DNA of 64,000 nt from Nitrospirota bacterium (GCA_963818475.1 CAWFSF010000001.1:224001-288000), one strand, 5' to 3'; shown: positions 9,788-22,082, counted from the stretch's first letter. The notes: generated by a model from the sequence alone, not told the origin. Numbers and translations are program-made.

Positions 9788-9907
9788 TGACACGGATAAA
9801 ATCCGAAAAAGGCTATGATCAGAGCAGAAAAGTCAAAGATGCTGTCCTGCCTCTTCATACTAAAATCCGCCGTCGCTTAGAAGCGCCTACTTTTGGTATC
9901 CGTGTCT
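9788..9907. repeat. Inverted-repeat element (GACACGGAT...ATCCGTGTC type)
   Basis: GACACGGATAAAATCCG ... GGTATCCGTGTC; shares a 30-bp block with 48379-48408. Confidence 0.6.
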
Positions 9908-9985
9908 AAGATTCTTTTATTTTTTACCCTTCGCGAGTCCTTCACTGATCCTGCCGAGATAGCGGATCGAGGTGAGGTGTGGTTT

Positions 9986-11270
9986 TTACTTGCTGAAAAA
10001 CATTCTCATGATGTCGTTATAGGAAACCACGACGATCAGGGAGATCAGGACCGCCGCGCCGATGTTCTGCGACACTGCCATCACCTTCTGACTGAGCGGT
10101 TTCTTGCGGATCGCCTCGATCGCCAGGAACAGCAGCAGCCCGCCGTCGAGGATCGGGATCGGCAGCAGGTTCAGGATGCCGAGTGAGATGCTGATCATGG
10201 CCAGGAGCGACAGGAACGACGACAGCCCGGCAGCAGCAGCCTTGCCCGACATCTGGGCGATCATCACCGGCCCGCCAAGCGTCTTGATCGACAGGTTGAG
10301 CGTCAACAGCTTCTTGAGCGTTACGAAGGTGAGGTCGATGTACTCGATGGTCTTATCGAATCCCAGCCGCAGGGAATCCAGGAACCCGTACTGCTTGAAA
10401 ACGAGCCTCATGAGCGGCTCGACGCCGATGACATACTTCCCGTCCTTCTCGACCGGCGTGACCGTGACCGTACAGGGGCTTTCCCTCGCGTTCTACGGTG
10501 AGCGTGAGCTTCTTCCCTTCGCTTTTTTTGACCGCGGCTGAGAACTGGTTCCAGTAATAGACCGTCTTGCCGTCAACCTCGACGATCTTGTCATTCACCT
10601 TGATGCCCGCTTTCTCCGCGGGAAGCCCCGCCATCACCCCGCCGATCTCGGCAGGAAAATCCGGGTACAGGCCCGAGACGCCGATCTTTCTTTCCTGGTC
10701 CAGCTTCGGCCGGAGCGCCAGCGTCTTTCGTTCACCGTTCCGCTCGATCGTAACCGGGATATCCGTGTCCGGGTTGACGGCGAACAGCATTTCAGCCTTT
10801 TCCCAGTCCACCACGCTTCTCCCGTTGACCCGTTCAATGGTATCGCCGACCAGGAAGCCTGCCTGCTCCGCCGGCGAGTCTTTTTCCACATACCCCACCC
10901 GGGCCGCTCCCAGCGTATAGGTGCCGACCATGAACACCAGCGGCATGACCAGAAAGGCAAGCACGATATTCGTGAGCGGACCCGTTGCCGCGATCTTTGC
11001 GCGCTGCCACACGGTCTTGGACTGGAATTCGTCGGTCGCGCCGGTGGGCTCTTCGTCGGGATTCTCACCGGCCATCTTCACATACCCGCCGAGCGGGAGC
11101 GCCGAAAGAACGTACTCCGTATCGCCCTTCTTGAACCCGAAGACCTTGGGCCCCATGCCGAGCGAGAATTTCTCGACCCGCACCCCGGCCCGTTTTGCCA
11201 TGATGAAGTGGCCGAACTCGTGCACGAACACGAGGATGCCGATCACGATAAGAAAATAAATAAGTGTCAT
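9986..11270 (-). CDS. rseP: RIP metalloprotease RseP, frameshifted
   Basis: HEFGH, two PDZ domains, NLLPIPILDGG in second frame. Confidence 0.92.
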
Positions 11271-11366
11271 TGTCTCCTCTTTGGTTAAAGCCGGATCGAA
11301 CCGGCACCGTCACGCTACCCTCTGCCACACGGGGAGAGGACTGTTGAGAAGATTTCATTCTGCATT

Positions 11367-12557
11367 TCATTCCGCATTCGATACATTCCGCACTCCGCAA
11401 TGCCGAAATGCCGCAATGAACTTCTCCGCTTCCTTCCTCGCCCAGAGGTCGGCTTTGAGCGCGTCCTCAACGGTCGTGATGGAGAACGGCGTATGGGCGT
11501 CCATGACGGACCGGATCACCCGGGCAATATCGGTATACCGGATCTTCTCGTCCAGGAAGTATTTGACCGCCACCTCGTTCGCTGCCGAAAGCACGGCCGG
11601 CATGCTGCCCCCTGCCTGAAGCGCATCGTAGGCGTAGGCAAGACAGGGAAAGCGTTCCATGTCCGGCTCCTCGAAGGTGAGCGTGCCGATGGCGGCAAGG
11701 TCGAGCGCGGGAGAGACATCATCAAGCCGCTCGGGATAGGAGAGCGCGTAGGCGATCGGGCCCTTCATGTCCGGCATGCCGAGCTGCGCCACGACCGCGC
11801 CGTCCGTGTATTCGACCATGGAATGGATGATGCTCTGCGGGTGCACCAGCACGCTGATCATCTCCGGCCGGAAGCCGAAAAGCCACCGCGCTTCGATCAC
11901 TTCCAGCCCCTTGTTCATGAGCGTGGCGGAATCGATGGTGATCTTCCTGCCCATGCTCCAGTTCGGGTGCTTCAGCGCCTGGGCCAGCGTCACCTGTTCA
12001 AGCTCTTTTTTTGCGAACGTCCTGAAGGGACCGCCCGAGGCGGTCACGATCAGCTTCCGGATGTCCTGGTTCGCGCCTGCATGGAGGCACTGAAAGATGG
12101 CGCTGTGCTCGCTGTCCACCGGAAGGAGTCTGACACCGCGGCTCCGGCACTCGGCCATGACCAGCTCGCCGGCGGTCACCAGCACTTCCTTGTTGGCCAG
12201 CGCGATCGTTTTCTTTGCATGGATCGCCGCCATGGTCGGCACGAGCCCGGCGGTCCCGACAATGGCGGAAACGGTGATCTCCGCTTCGTCCATGGCCGCC
12301 ACCTGGACCATGCCCTCGACGCCGGAGAGGACGGTGACCTTCAGATCGGCGCACCGCTGTTTCAGTTTTTCCGCAGAGGCCGGACTGACCACGGATACCA
12401 GCGACGGCTTGAACCGCCGCACCTGCTGTTCGAGGATCTCGATGTTGTTCCCCGCAGCAAGCGCCACGACCTTGAAACGGTCCGGATACTTCTCCACAAC
12501 CGCAAGCGTCGACTGCCCGATGGACCCGGTGGAACCTAATAGTGCGATGTTTTTCAA
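11367..12557 (-). CDS. dxr: 1-deoxy-D-xylulose 5-phosphate reductoisomerase
   Basis: LGSTGSIG, LANKE, PVDSEHSA, HPNWSMGRKITIDSATLMNKGLE. Confidence 0.97.
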   Translation of the reverse strand: MKNIALLGSTGSIGQSTLAVVEKYPDRFKVVALAAGNNIEILEQQVRRFKPSLVSVVSPASAEKLKQRCADLKVTVLSGVEGMVQVAAMDEAEITVSAIVGTAGLVPTMAAIHAKKTIALANKEVLVTAGELVMAECRSRGVRLLPVDSEHSAIFQCLHAGANQDIRKLIVTASGGPFRTFAKKELEQVTLAQALKHPNWSMGRKITIDSATLMNKGLEVIEARWLFGFRPEMISVLVHPQSIIHSMVEYTDGAVVAQLGMPDMKGPIAYALSYPERLDDVSPALDLAAIGTLTFEEPDMERFPCLAYAYDALQAGGSMPAVLSAANEVAVKYFLDEKIRYTDIARVIRSVMDAHTPFSITTVEDALKADLWARKEAEKFIAAFRHCGVRNVSNAE

Positions 12558-12599
12558 TGCCGTTTACTCCGCAATCCGAAATCCGCAATCCGCAATCGA

Positions 12600-13399
12600 C
12601 TATCGCATCCTGAGATAATAATACAACACCGGCGCTGCGAAGAGCATGCTGTCCATGCGGTCCAGGATGCCGCCATGCCCGGGAATGATCGTCCCCGAAT
12701 CCTTGACCCCTGCTGCGCGTTTGAACAGCGACTCCACCAGATCGCCGATCGTGCCGGCCACTGCCAGCGCCAGGGCGATCCCGACAGCAGAACCCGTGTC
12801 GATGGACGGCATGAACCACCATCGGCAGAGCAGTGCCATGCCCGCGGACGCGACCAGCGCGCCGATCAAGTCCTTCAATGCTTTTCTTGGGACTGATCTT
12901 TTCGTACAGCCGGTGCCTGCCGAAGGGTATGCCGATGGAATAGGCCCCGATGTCGGATGCCCAGATGATGAAATACAGGAACACCAGCCATTGTCTGCCG
13001 TCACTTCCCGTGCGGATGGAGACCTGAAAGCTGAACAGCAGCGCCACGTAGACTATTCCCATGAAGGTTGCTGAAACATCCTCGATCGCCCCTTCGACCG
13101 GACGGGCTGAAAAAAGACGGGCAACCATGATCGCGAGCAGGCATGCGCCGAGCAGGAACGCACCTGCGGCGGGAATCAGCGGATGATAGGCATCCAGGAT
13201 CACCAGCGCGCCGAGCGCGCTCCCGAGGAGGGCGCTCGGAGCGGATGCCGCGTGCCTGCGCCATGCGGTAGAACTCGTACTGCCCCAGGACGGCAGCAAC
13301 CATCACGAGCGCAAGGAAATAGATCGGCGGCAGTTTCCAGGTGAACAGATAGAAGATGGGAAGGAACAGGAGTCCCGACAGCACCCGTTTGTAGAGCAT
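12600..13399 (-). CDS. cdsA: Phosphatidate cytidylyltransferase, frameshifted
   Basis: Fragments carry ISPKKSIEG, GDLVESLFKR and PGHGGILDRMDS; syntenic with uppS and dxr. Confidence 0.9.
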
Positions 13400-13429
13400 G
13401 CATTTCTCCCTTGCTGCGGACCGCGGCCG

Positions 13430-14187
13430 CTACTTGCGCACCAGTTGTTCCTGGGTGAGTCCAAAGCGCCGCTGACGCCCCTGGTAATCGAGGATGGCGC
13501 GCAGCAGATCCTCGGCTTTGAAGTCGGGCCACAGGATGTCGGTAAAATAGAGCTCCGCATACGCCGCCTGCCACAGGAGAAAATTGCTGATCCGCTTTTC
13601 GCCGCTCGTCCGGATAATGAGGTCCGGGTCCGGGAGGCCCGCTGTATCGAGATGGGCGGAGAAGGCCTCTTCCGTGAGATCGCCGGTCAACCCGCCGGCC
13701 TCGGACAGCCGCTTGATCGCCTCGATGATCTCGCCGCGGCCGCCGTAGGACAGCGCCAGGTTCAGGACCATGCCGGTGTTGCCGGCGGTCTCGGTCATGG
13801 CGCGGTCGATCCATGTCCGCACCGTTTCAGGCAGCCGTTCGGTCCTGCCGATGGTGCGGAACCGGATGCCGTTCTTTTTCATGGTCGCGATCTCGGACCG
13901 CAGAAAGGAGCCGAGCATGTCCATGAGAAAGCCCACTTCTTCGCGGGGCCGTCCCCAGTTCTCGTCGGAAAAAGCATAGAGGGTCAGGACCTTCACCCCG
14001 AGCGCACGGCACTCCTCCGTGACCAGCCGTACCGTATCGGCGCCCTTCTTGTGGCCGGCGATGCGCGGCATGCCGCGCTGCATGGCCCACCGGCCGTTGC
14101 CGTCCATGATGATGGCAACGTGCTTCGGCAGACCGTTCCGGCCACGCTGGCGCGAAGTTCTTCGACCGTCGGCATTTTGTTCTTCAT
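13430..14187 (-). CDS. uppS: Isoprenyl transferase (undecaprenyl diphosphate synthase), frameshifted near 5' end
   Basis: MDGNGRWA, YAFSDENW, RTSGEKRISNFLLWQ. Confidence 0.93.
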
Positions 14188-14236
14188 GCGTGCTGCATCT
14201 CCATCCCCGGGCTGCGCGACCTTGCCACGCAGCCGT

Positions 14237-16060
14237 TTACTTCATCGAATAGCTCATGACCTGCATGGCGTCTCTGGTGAACAGCCCGCCTTTGGCCTTT
14301 ACCAGGGCTGCAACCTGCGGCGCTGCGGCGCCCTGGGGGATGATCGCGATATCATAGACCGGCCCGCTTATGTCCTTGACGCTCCAGACCTGTTCGAGCC
14401 GTGCGCCGGTCCAGGCCAGACCGTTGAGTTCGGCCCCGGTGAACGCGCCGAGCATGCTTGAGCCGATATTCTTCTGGACAACGATCTCGTCCTTGCCGTC
14501 GTTGTTCAGGTCGCCCGCGACGACCCGTCCCCGGATCTTGACCCGTTGCGACTTGTCCAGCGCTGTTGCCTGCCGGGACAGCACGGCGTCGATCCCGGTG
14601 ACCGGCTTGTAGACAAAGAGCCCGACGCCGGCATACTGTTCCGCGCTCTTCCAGACCATGGTCTGTCCGGAATAGACCATCAGGTGGTCATCATCATCAA
14701 GCGCCACCAGCAGCGGCTGCCGGTCTCCCAGGTTGGCATAGGTCCAGCCGTACAATCCCAGCTCCTTCGGCAGCGTGAACTCTGCGCCGGCAACGTATTT
14801 CCCTTCAACCGCGGAATAGACCTTCGGCTGCCCGGCAAAGAAGGTCACCGGGTCATAGGCCTGTCCGATCAGCACCGCACCCTTCCCGGGATAACTGAGC
14901 ACGCGGAGGAAGCCGGGGACGTCGGCGATGCGGCGGTAGCCGCCCTCCTGGAATTCGATGACGTAGGAAAAGACCTTGCCGCCGAACATGGCCGTCACAA
15001 AGATCTCAGGCCTGCCGTTGCCGTTCATGTCCGCGCTCTCGACGTTGATCTGCTCCATGGTCGAAGCCGGGTCGGCCTGCGCGGACTGCCCGAACCATTC
15101 CAACGTCGCGGCATCGCGCTTCACCGCGGTTTCGGTCCAGACCTCATGCCAGCCGGAAGGTTCGTTCCGGTAGAGGTGAAGCCTGGTCCCGTCGGAAAAC
15201 GCGTAGACCGGCTTGCCGTTCCCTTCAAAATCGCCGTACACAAAAGCGCGCGCCAGAAAGGGCAGCTCAGGCGCTGCACTGCTCTTCTGTTCCCCTGCCG
15301 GGACCGGGGCGAAAAAAGGTTTGATGTCGCCCAGGGCCTCTTTCCCTGATTTCTCATCAAGCAGCGCCACGATGGTATCGAGCTGCCGGCCTTCTTCGGT
15401 ATAGAATATCCGCGCCATCACCATCAGCCTGCCCTCGGTGGGATAGAGGCCGAGCACCACGACCGCATCGACATTCAAAGCACTGCCCATGTCTTTGATC
15501 ATCGAACTATCCATGAATTTGCGCTCTTTGACGAACGCGGCGGTCTTGCTGCTCTCGAGGACCGAGAACCTGCCCGATGCGGCCAGCTGGTCCGCGAGCT
15601 GCTGCACCAGTTCAGGACGGCCCGCCGTGAGCGGAACGATCGCAAGGTTGATCTTTTTCGGCGTGATCCTCGCCCGGTCGCCCGGTTTGGGGTCCTTCTG
15701 CTTCTTCCTGACCACTGCCGTCGAGGAACCATCCCCAACAACGGTCACCTCAACGGTCCCGATCTCCTCCTCTTCCCGTCCGAGCACGATGCCGGAAACA
15801 GGATGCAGGATCTCCTTGCCGTCCCGCCAGAGCGTGAGGGTCATGCCGGGCATCAGCCCCTCTCTGGTGCCGAGCGCGATCGTGAGGCGGTCCGCCTGCA
15901 CAGCCTTCACCTCGCCCTGCACCTTCGGAAAATAGAACGTGATCTCCGTCGCCAGTTCATCAATGGAGCGAAACTCTTCGGGGCCCAGCGGCTTGTCTGC
16001 GGCAAACACCGGCGAACCGAGTGATGCTGCCAGCAGGACCAGTGCGATTATCGTTCTCAT
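14237..16060 (-). CDS. Secreted FG-GAP/VCBS repeat protein
   Basis: Signal peptide; GDFEGNGK, ADMNGNGRPEI and GDLNNDGKDEI repeats. Confidence 0.8.
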   Translation of the reverse strand: MRTIIALVLLAASLGSPVFAADKPLGPEEFRSIDELATEITFYFPKVQGEVKAVQADRLTIALGTREGLMPGMTLTLWRDGKEILHPVSGIVLGREEEEIGTVEVTVVGDGSSTAVVRKKQKDPKPGDRARITPKKINLAIVPLTAGRPELVQQLADQLAASGRFSVLESSKTAAFVKERKFMDSSMIKDMGSALNVDAVVVLGLYPTEGRLMVMARIFYTEEGRQLDTIVALLDEKSGKEALGDIKPFFAPVPAGEQKSSAAPELPFLARAFVYGDFEGNGKPVYAFSDGTRLHLYRNEPSGWHEVWTETAVKRDAATLEWFGQSAQADPASTMEQINVESADMNGNGRPEIFVTAMFGGKVFSYVIEFQEGGYRRIADVPGFLRVLSYPGKGAVLIGQAYDPVTFFAGQPKVYSAVEGKYVAGAEFTLPKELGLYGWTYANLGDRQPLLVALDDDDHLMVYSGQTMVWKSAEQYAGVGLFVYKPVTGIDAVLSRQATALDKSQRVKIRGRVVAGDLNNDGKDEIVVQKNIGSSMLGAFTGAELNGLAWTGARLEQVWSVKDISGPVYDIAIIPQGAAAPQVAALVKAKGGLFTRDAMQVMSYSMK

Positions 16061-16113
16061 ACCTGATATCCTCTTTTCTATCATCGTAACCCGTATAAAC
16101 CGCAACCCAACTA

Positions 16114-16219
16114 TGCCACGAAGTCACGAAGGCACTAAGAAATCGAAATCATGGAGCAGATTTTTCTTTTTATCTAGGCGGTCATTTATTCTACTTCGTA
16201 TCTTCGTGCCTTCGTGGCA
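16114..16219. repeat. Empty 9-nt-period inverted-repeat element (CACGAAG type)
   Basis: TGCCACGAAGTCACGAAGGCACTAAG ... CTTCGTATCTTCGTGCCTTCGTGGCA. Confidence 0.8.
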
Positions 16220-16324
16220 AAAAGATTTGACGATCAATCTTTTGATTTTAACTGCCGTTATCCGATGTTACCGGCTCTTCCGTGTAAATCCGTGTCCAAA
16301 AGACTCTTTCCCGTATTGCCCGGA

Positions 16325-18534
16325 TCACTCCACCTTCACCCGGATCTCCGTCTCCCACGTGGCGCCCGCGCCGAGCGAGATGCGCCAGAGCGGCATCACC
16401 ATCGAGCTCTGGTACACGCGCTCGAACCCGGATTCGGACTGCGATACGGTCTCGACCGGCGCGCGCCAGAGCACCACGGGCTGCGAGAACAGGAGCGACA
16501 GCTTGAGCCTGAGCCATTCATCGACGAGGCTCACCTGCTTCACGTTGTTCGTTTCCCCGCTCGACGCGAGATGCCGTTTGTCCAGCGTATGGCCGGGGAT
16601 GTCGTAATAGCGGTCATGGGCATTGCCGGCCAGGAGCGAGAAATTGAACTCGCTGCCGAAGGTCGTGTTCAGTTCTTCGCTGCTCAGGTTCGTTATGGCA
16701 TACCGCGCCAGGAACCCGCGCCTCGCCGGAGCGCAGGAGCAGCTCCTTCCGCAGGCTGACGGCCAGGCCGGCGACCGTGCCGCTGCGCTCCAGCGTGACG
16801 ATCGCGGAGCCGCCCGCTCTCCGGGACGTCATGCGGTAGGCCCCCAGCACGAAATCGCCGGTCTCGTAATATTCGGACCGCATGAAGCTCGCCAGATCAA
16901 CGCCCGACCCCAGGAAATGGTCGAGGAGCGAACCCCGGGTGTACCAGTCGTACTGCAGATGGTGCTGCAGGCCTTCTTCCTTGACCGCCACGCGTTCGTG
17001 AATGGTCTTTGCGCCGTCAACGGACGCGCCGGCTGCCGCGCCCTTCACCGCATCAAGAAGCTTGCTGTGATAGCACTTCTCGTCTGCGCGTGAGCGTGTT
17101 CGTCAGATTGAACGACCGCGGCTTCCAGTCGATCTCCGTGATCCTGCCGCCCTCCGCCGGATCGATGAACAGATTGAGCAGCTCCGAGTTCATCATGACC
17201 TCGTCGCGTCCATCCCGGTCAAAGTCGCCCTTCTTCGATCTCGAGCCAGGAAGGTGTCGTCTGCTCTTTTTTCTGTTTTCCCTGACCCCTGGACCCTGGA
17301 CCCTGGACCCTGCAGGTTCAGCACACTGTCCGCCAGATACTCCGCCTGGATCAGCTGCTCGTAGATGCCGGTGCGCAGATGCGGCAGGTAGAGGCCGCCG
17401 AACACGCCGTGCCAGTAGGCGTCGTTGCACTGCGCCTGGTACACATGGTCCAGCATGCGGGCAGCCTCGGCGCCTTTTTTCACGCCCTGCGCCTCGAGCG
17501 CGGCCAATGCCGCACCGGCCTTCCGGCTTGCCATGAGCATCCGCTTGTGCATGTGGTTGCTTTCGGAATACTTGGTGAAGAAGTTCCGCCAGATGCCGCC
17601 CTTGGATGAATGGCCGGAGCCCGCTGAACTCCGGCTTGCCTTTGACCGTTTCGAGCGCGTCGTCGTACTCTTTCATGGCGCGTGTGGGCAGCGTCCACTC
17701 GCCCATCTCCATGTACGACGCCGTGGGCAGATAGACCCTGCCGCGCGGCGGCTCCTGGTCCGCGAATTCCGAAAACGTGGTCGTCTCGAGCCATTCGCTG
17801 TTCTGTTCGATGAGCGTGAAGAACCGGTCGAGCCAGCCCTCTTCGTACACGGTGCGGTAGGTCTCGGGCCAGACGCCGAACTTCTCGCCGTCGTCGGCCA
17901 TGACCGACAGCCGGTATCTCGAGGGAGAACGCAGCGTTGCCAGGTATTCGAGCGTCTCCTCCGGCGGGTGGAACGGGATGAGGTACCGGAGCCGTTCGCT
18001 GCCCGGGAACACGCGCACGATCCCGTTCTGCTCTTCCGTCAGGTAGTAGCCGTCCAGTTCGTCGTCGTGCAGGCCGGCCATCTTGAAATGAAAATCATCG
18101 ACCACCACATGGTCGATGCCCGCTTCGGCGATGAACTTCGGCAGATGGGGTTCCCAGACCCGCTCGGCGAGCCACATGCCGCGGGCCTGGTATCCCAGCG
18201 TCGTGTCGATGAAGGCGGAGAGCTTCCGGATCTGGCCGATCTTGTCCTCGTCAGGAAGCACCGCGAGGATCGGCTCGTAGAACCCGCCGGACAGGATCTC
18301 GGCGCGGCCCCCGGCAACGAACCGCTTCAGCATATCGATAAACTCGGGATGTTTCTGCTCAAAGAACCGGTAAAGGATGCCGGTGTAATGCAGCGTGATC
18401 TTGATCGACGGGTGCCGGTCAAGGACCTTCAGGAACGGGAGGTAGGATTTCTGATAGGCTTCCTCTGCCACGAAATCAAAATTGCCGACCGGCTGATGGT
18501 TATGGATGGCAAATATAAATTGAACCTTGGGCAT
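16325..18534 (-). CDS. GH57 alpha-amylase / 4-alpha-glucanotransferase, several frameshifts
   Basis: HNHQP, WLAERVWEP, DDGEKFG, SYMEMGEW, AQCNDAYWHG, ETVSQSESGFERVYQ across frames. Confidence 0.88.
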
Positions 18535-18713
18535 GTCCGGTGTCCGTCTTTTCCGCTATTTTTCCGCTGCGAATGCAAAGTGAAATAGTAGCCCTACAGC
18601 CGGGAAAAGTCAACCAAAATGAGAGGATAGAGCCATGGTAGGCATCGATGCTCCTGAGGGAAGAGGCCGGCGGCGGCTTATCCAGCTGCCGCGACCAGGG
18701 TCAGAAGCGGCGC

Positions 18714-19445
18714 TTAAGCCGTTCTCTTTACGAGCCTCCCTGCAAGATACAAGAACATCGCTGCATAGGCGGCAAGGATGAGCACGGAACCCATAGCCGG
18801 ACTGCTGCCTCCTGCCAGCCCGCGAAGCACGATGCTGGCATGCGTCAGCGGATAGACCATGATCATGCTCTGGAAGGGCTGCGGCAGCCGGTCCGGCGAA
18901 AAGAACGTGCCTGCCAGGAACGACATGGGGATGATGAAGAAGCTGTTGAAATTCGCCATGTCCTCATGGGAGTGGGCAAGCATGGCCGCGGCAACGCCCA
19001 TGGCCCCGAAACAGAAGGCAGTGAGCGCCAGCACGGCAAAGAAAGAAAGCGAGTAGTGCAGGTGCACGCCCGTGGCCAGGCCCACCAGCACCAGCATGAG
19101 CGCCGAGAACAGCCCGCGGCCCAGGCCGGTCAGCGTCCTGCCCAGGGCGATGTCCCAGGGGCTCACCGGCGAAACGAGCACCTCTTCGATCGTCTTGGTG
19201 TAGAGCTTGCTGATGTTGAGCGACGTCGAGACGGGGCCGAAGCTGTTGTTCATGGCCGAGAGCGCCAGGATGCCGGGCAGCACGAATTCGAGATAGGTGC
19301 CGCCTCCCACGTTCATGCCGCGGCCCAGGCCCCAGCCGAAGGTCACGAGGTACAGAAGCGGCATGACCAGGCTCGACGCCAGGAACCGCCAGGGCTTCTT
19401 GCGGATCAGCATGATCTCTTTCCAGATGATGGGGTAGAAGTTCAT
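18714..19445 (-). CDS. ABC-2 type transporter permease
   Basis: About 6 TM segments, YLEFVLPG, PMSFLAGTFF. Confidence 0.88.
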   Translation of the reverse strand: MNFYPIIWKEIMLIRKKPWRFLASSLVMPLLYLVTFGWGLGRGMNVGGGTYLEFVLPGILALSAMNNSFGPVSTSLNISKLYTKTIEEVLVSPVSPWDIALGRTLTGLGRGLFSALMLVLVGLATGVHLHYSLSFFAVLALTAFCFGAMGVAAAMLAHSHEDMANFNSFFIIPMSFLAGTFFSPDRLPQPFQSMIMVYPLTHASIVLRGLAGGSSPAMGSVLILAAYAAMFLYLAGRLVKRTA

Positions 19446-19474
19446 GACAATCCTTATAATTCATGAAATCGTTC

Positions 19475-19621
19475 CGCCACGGAGTCACGGAGACACGGAG
19501 TGAATAAAATCTTTTGCATATTACATCACAAAAAGATACCATCCACCCCAAAGACGCTGAGACACAGAGAAAAGCAATCCGAAAGAATGTGGTTCTCTCC
19601 GGCCTCCGTGTCTCCGTGGTT
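19475..19621. repeat. 9-nt-period inverted-repeat element (CACGGAG type)
   Basis: CCACGGAGTCACGGAGACACGGAG ... CTCCGGCCTCCGTGTCTCCGTGG. Confidence 0.8.
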
Positions 19622-19669
19622 AAACCGTGCTTGCAGTTCGTCTTTTTGAATCCGAAATCCGCAATCGAT

Positions 19670-20513
19670 TCATCCTTCGATCCTCTCGCCCGTCAGATTG
19701 ATGAACACATCTTCGAGCGTCGACTCGCGCACAACGATGTCCTCGCACACGTCGCGGCGAAGCGTCGATCGCCTCTTCCCGCGTGGGGAAGAACTTGCGC
19801 GGGATATCGTGCCTGCCGAGGCATTCGAGGGAGTATTTGCCCACGCCTGCCTTGAGCACGGACGGGCGGTCGAGCGCGATGATCCTGCCGGTCTGCATGA
19901 TCGCCACGCGGTCGCACGAGCGCGTCCGCCTCCTCGATATAGTGCGTCGTGAGCAGGATGGTGATGCCCTTCCGTTTCAGCGACTCCAGCAGCCCCCAGA
20001 TCATGCGCCGCGCCTGCGGATCGAGCCCCACCGTCGGCTCGTCCATGAACACCACCTGCGGCCGGTGCATGAGGCCCCGGGCGATCAGGAGCCTCCTGCG
20101 CATGCCGCCCGAGAGATGCTCCACTGGCGTGTCCTTCTTTTCCCAGAGGCCGACGAAGCGCAGAAGCTCCTCGATCCGGCTGGCCCGGTCCGCGGGCTCC
20201 ATCTTGTGGAGCCTGCCGTGGTACTCAAGGTTCTCGGCGCAGGTAAGGTCGATGTCGAGGTTCAGCATCTGCGGCACCACGCCGATGGCCCGCCGGACCT
20301 CGAGCGGGTCGGCCGTGACATCGTAGCCCGCCGACCAGCGCCGTGCCTTCCGACGGTCGTCAGCAGCGTCGTCAGCATGCGGATGGTCGTGGTCTTGCCC
20401 GCCCCGTTCGGCCCCAGGAGGCCGAAGACCTCCCCTTTGCCGACGGAGAAGCTGACGGCGTTGACGGCAGCGAGCGTGCCGAAGTAGCGGGTGAGGTTGG
20501 TGAGCTTGATCAT
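19670..20513 (-). CDS. ABC transporter ATP-binding protein, frameshifted
   Basis: [31 protein letters not shown]. Confidence 0.9.
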
Positions 20514-20540
20514 GAGTTATAAGACCAAATAAAAGGCGTC

Positions 20541-20638
20541 TCTCGCAAAGGCGCAAAGTTCGCAAAGAAAGACAAATCTTTCAGGGTTAAACACCAGGAT
20601 TTAAGGATTTCCTTTGCGTCCTTTGCGCCTTTGCGAGA
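20541..20638. repeat. 9-nt-period inverted-repeat element (CGCAAAG type)
   Basis: TCTCGCAAAGGCGCAAAGTTCGCAAAG ... CTTTGCGTCCTTTGCGCCTTTGCGAGA. Confidence 0.85.
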
Positions 20639-20689
20639 AAACTTATTGCCTTTTTTAATCGTTCTTCAGTTCGGCTTCCAGTCCCTGTC

Positions 20690-22082
20690 TCAATCTTCTA
20701 TTTCGATATCCAGCGCCTTGATCTTGCGGTGCAGGTTGCTCCGCTCCACGCCGATCGCGTCCGCGGTCTTGCTCACGTTCCCGTCGCTCTCCTTGAGCTT
20801 CCGAACCAGATACTCCCGCTCGAAGGCGGCCCGCGCCTCTTTCAGCGTCGGAAGTCGCCAGATACGACTCAGTGGTATTCTTCCCTTCCGCTGCTTTCCT
20901 GGCTGCAGCAGTCCTGTTCAGCGGCGGCGGCACATCGGAAACGCGTGATCGTCTGGCCCGGTGACATGATGATGAGCCGTTCGATGATGTTCCGGAGCTC
21001 GCGCACGTTGCCCGGGCCAGTGATAGCGCAGAAAGAGCGCCAGGGCGTCGTCTTCGACGATCTTCGGCTTCTGGCCGTACTCGCGCGAGAACTCCTGCAG
21101 GAAATACCGGACGAGCCGCGGAATATCGTCAATGCGTTCGCGGAGCGACGGCACCTCCAGGGGGATCACGTTCAGCCGGTAGTAGAGGTCCTCGCGGAAA
21201 GTGCCTTTTTTGATCTCCTCCGCAAGGTCCTTGTTCGATGCGGCGATGACGCGCACATCGGCCTTGAGCGTCCTCGTCCCGCCGACGCGCTGGAACTCCT
21301 GCCCTTCGAGCACGCGCAGCACCTTGGCCTGCGTGGCAAGGCTCATGTCCGCGATCTCGTCCAGAAAGATCGTCCCCTTGTCGGCAAGCTCGAACTTGCC
21401 GCGCTTCATGCCGGTCGCGCCGGTGAAGGAGCCCTTTTCGTGGCCGAAGAGTTCGCTCTCGATCAGCTCCTGCGGGATGGCTGCGCAGTTCACTTCCACA
21501 AAAGGCCCGGAAGCGCGTTTGCTCGCGCGGTGAATGGCTCGCGCCACCAGCTCCTTGCCCGTCCCGCTCTCGCCGTGGATCAGCACCCAGCCGTTCGTGG
21601 GCCCGGCGAGCGAGATCTGGTGCTTCAGGGCCGCGATCGCCGCGCTCTCGCCCACGATCTCGTAGCGGCGTTCGATGCTCTTTCTGAGCGACTCGTTCTC
21701 TTCGCGCAGTTTGCGGTCATCCAGCCCGTGCTTGACCGAGAGCAGCACCTGCTCCAGCGCCAGCGGCTTCTGGATGAAATCGTAGGCGCCCATCTTGATC
21801 GTCTTGACCGCGGTCTCGATCTCTCCGTGGCCGGTTATCATGATGACCGGCAGCTCCGGCCTCATCTCCTTGATGCGCCGCAGCGTCTCGATCCCGTCGA
21901 TCCCGGGCTCCATGGAGATGTCGAGCATGACGATGGAAGGCTGCGCCTCCTGCAGAAGATCGAGCCCTTCCTGACCCGAAGCCGCGGTCGCGATCTCGTA
22001 CCCCTCGTCGGCCAGCACGCCTGCCAGGCGTCTTCCGGATGCTCTCTTCATCGTCAATGATCAGTACTGTTGGGCCGGGCAT
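20690..22082 (-). CDS. Sigma-54-type response regulator (NtrX/NtrC-like), frameshifted
   Basis: REC domain, GESGTGKE, GSFTGA, FLDEI, C-terminal Fis HTH. Confidence 0.9.
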
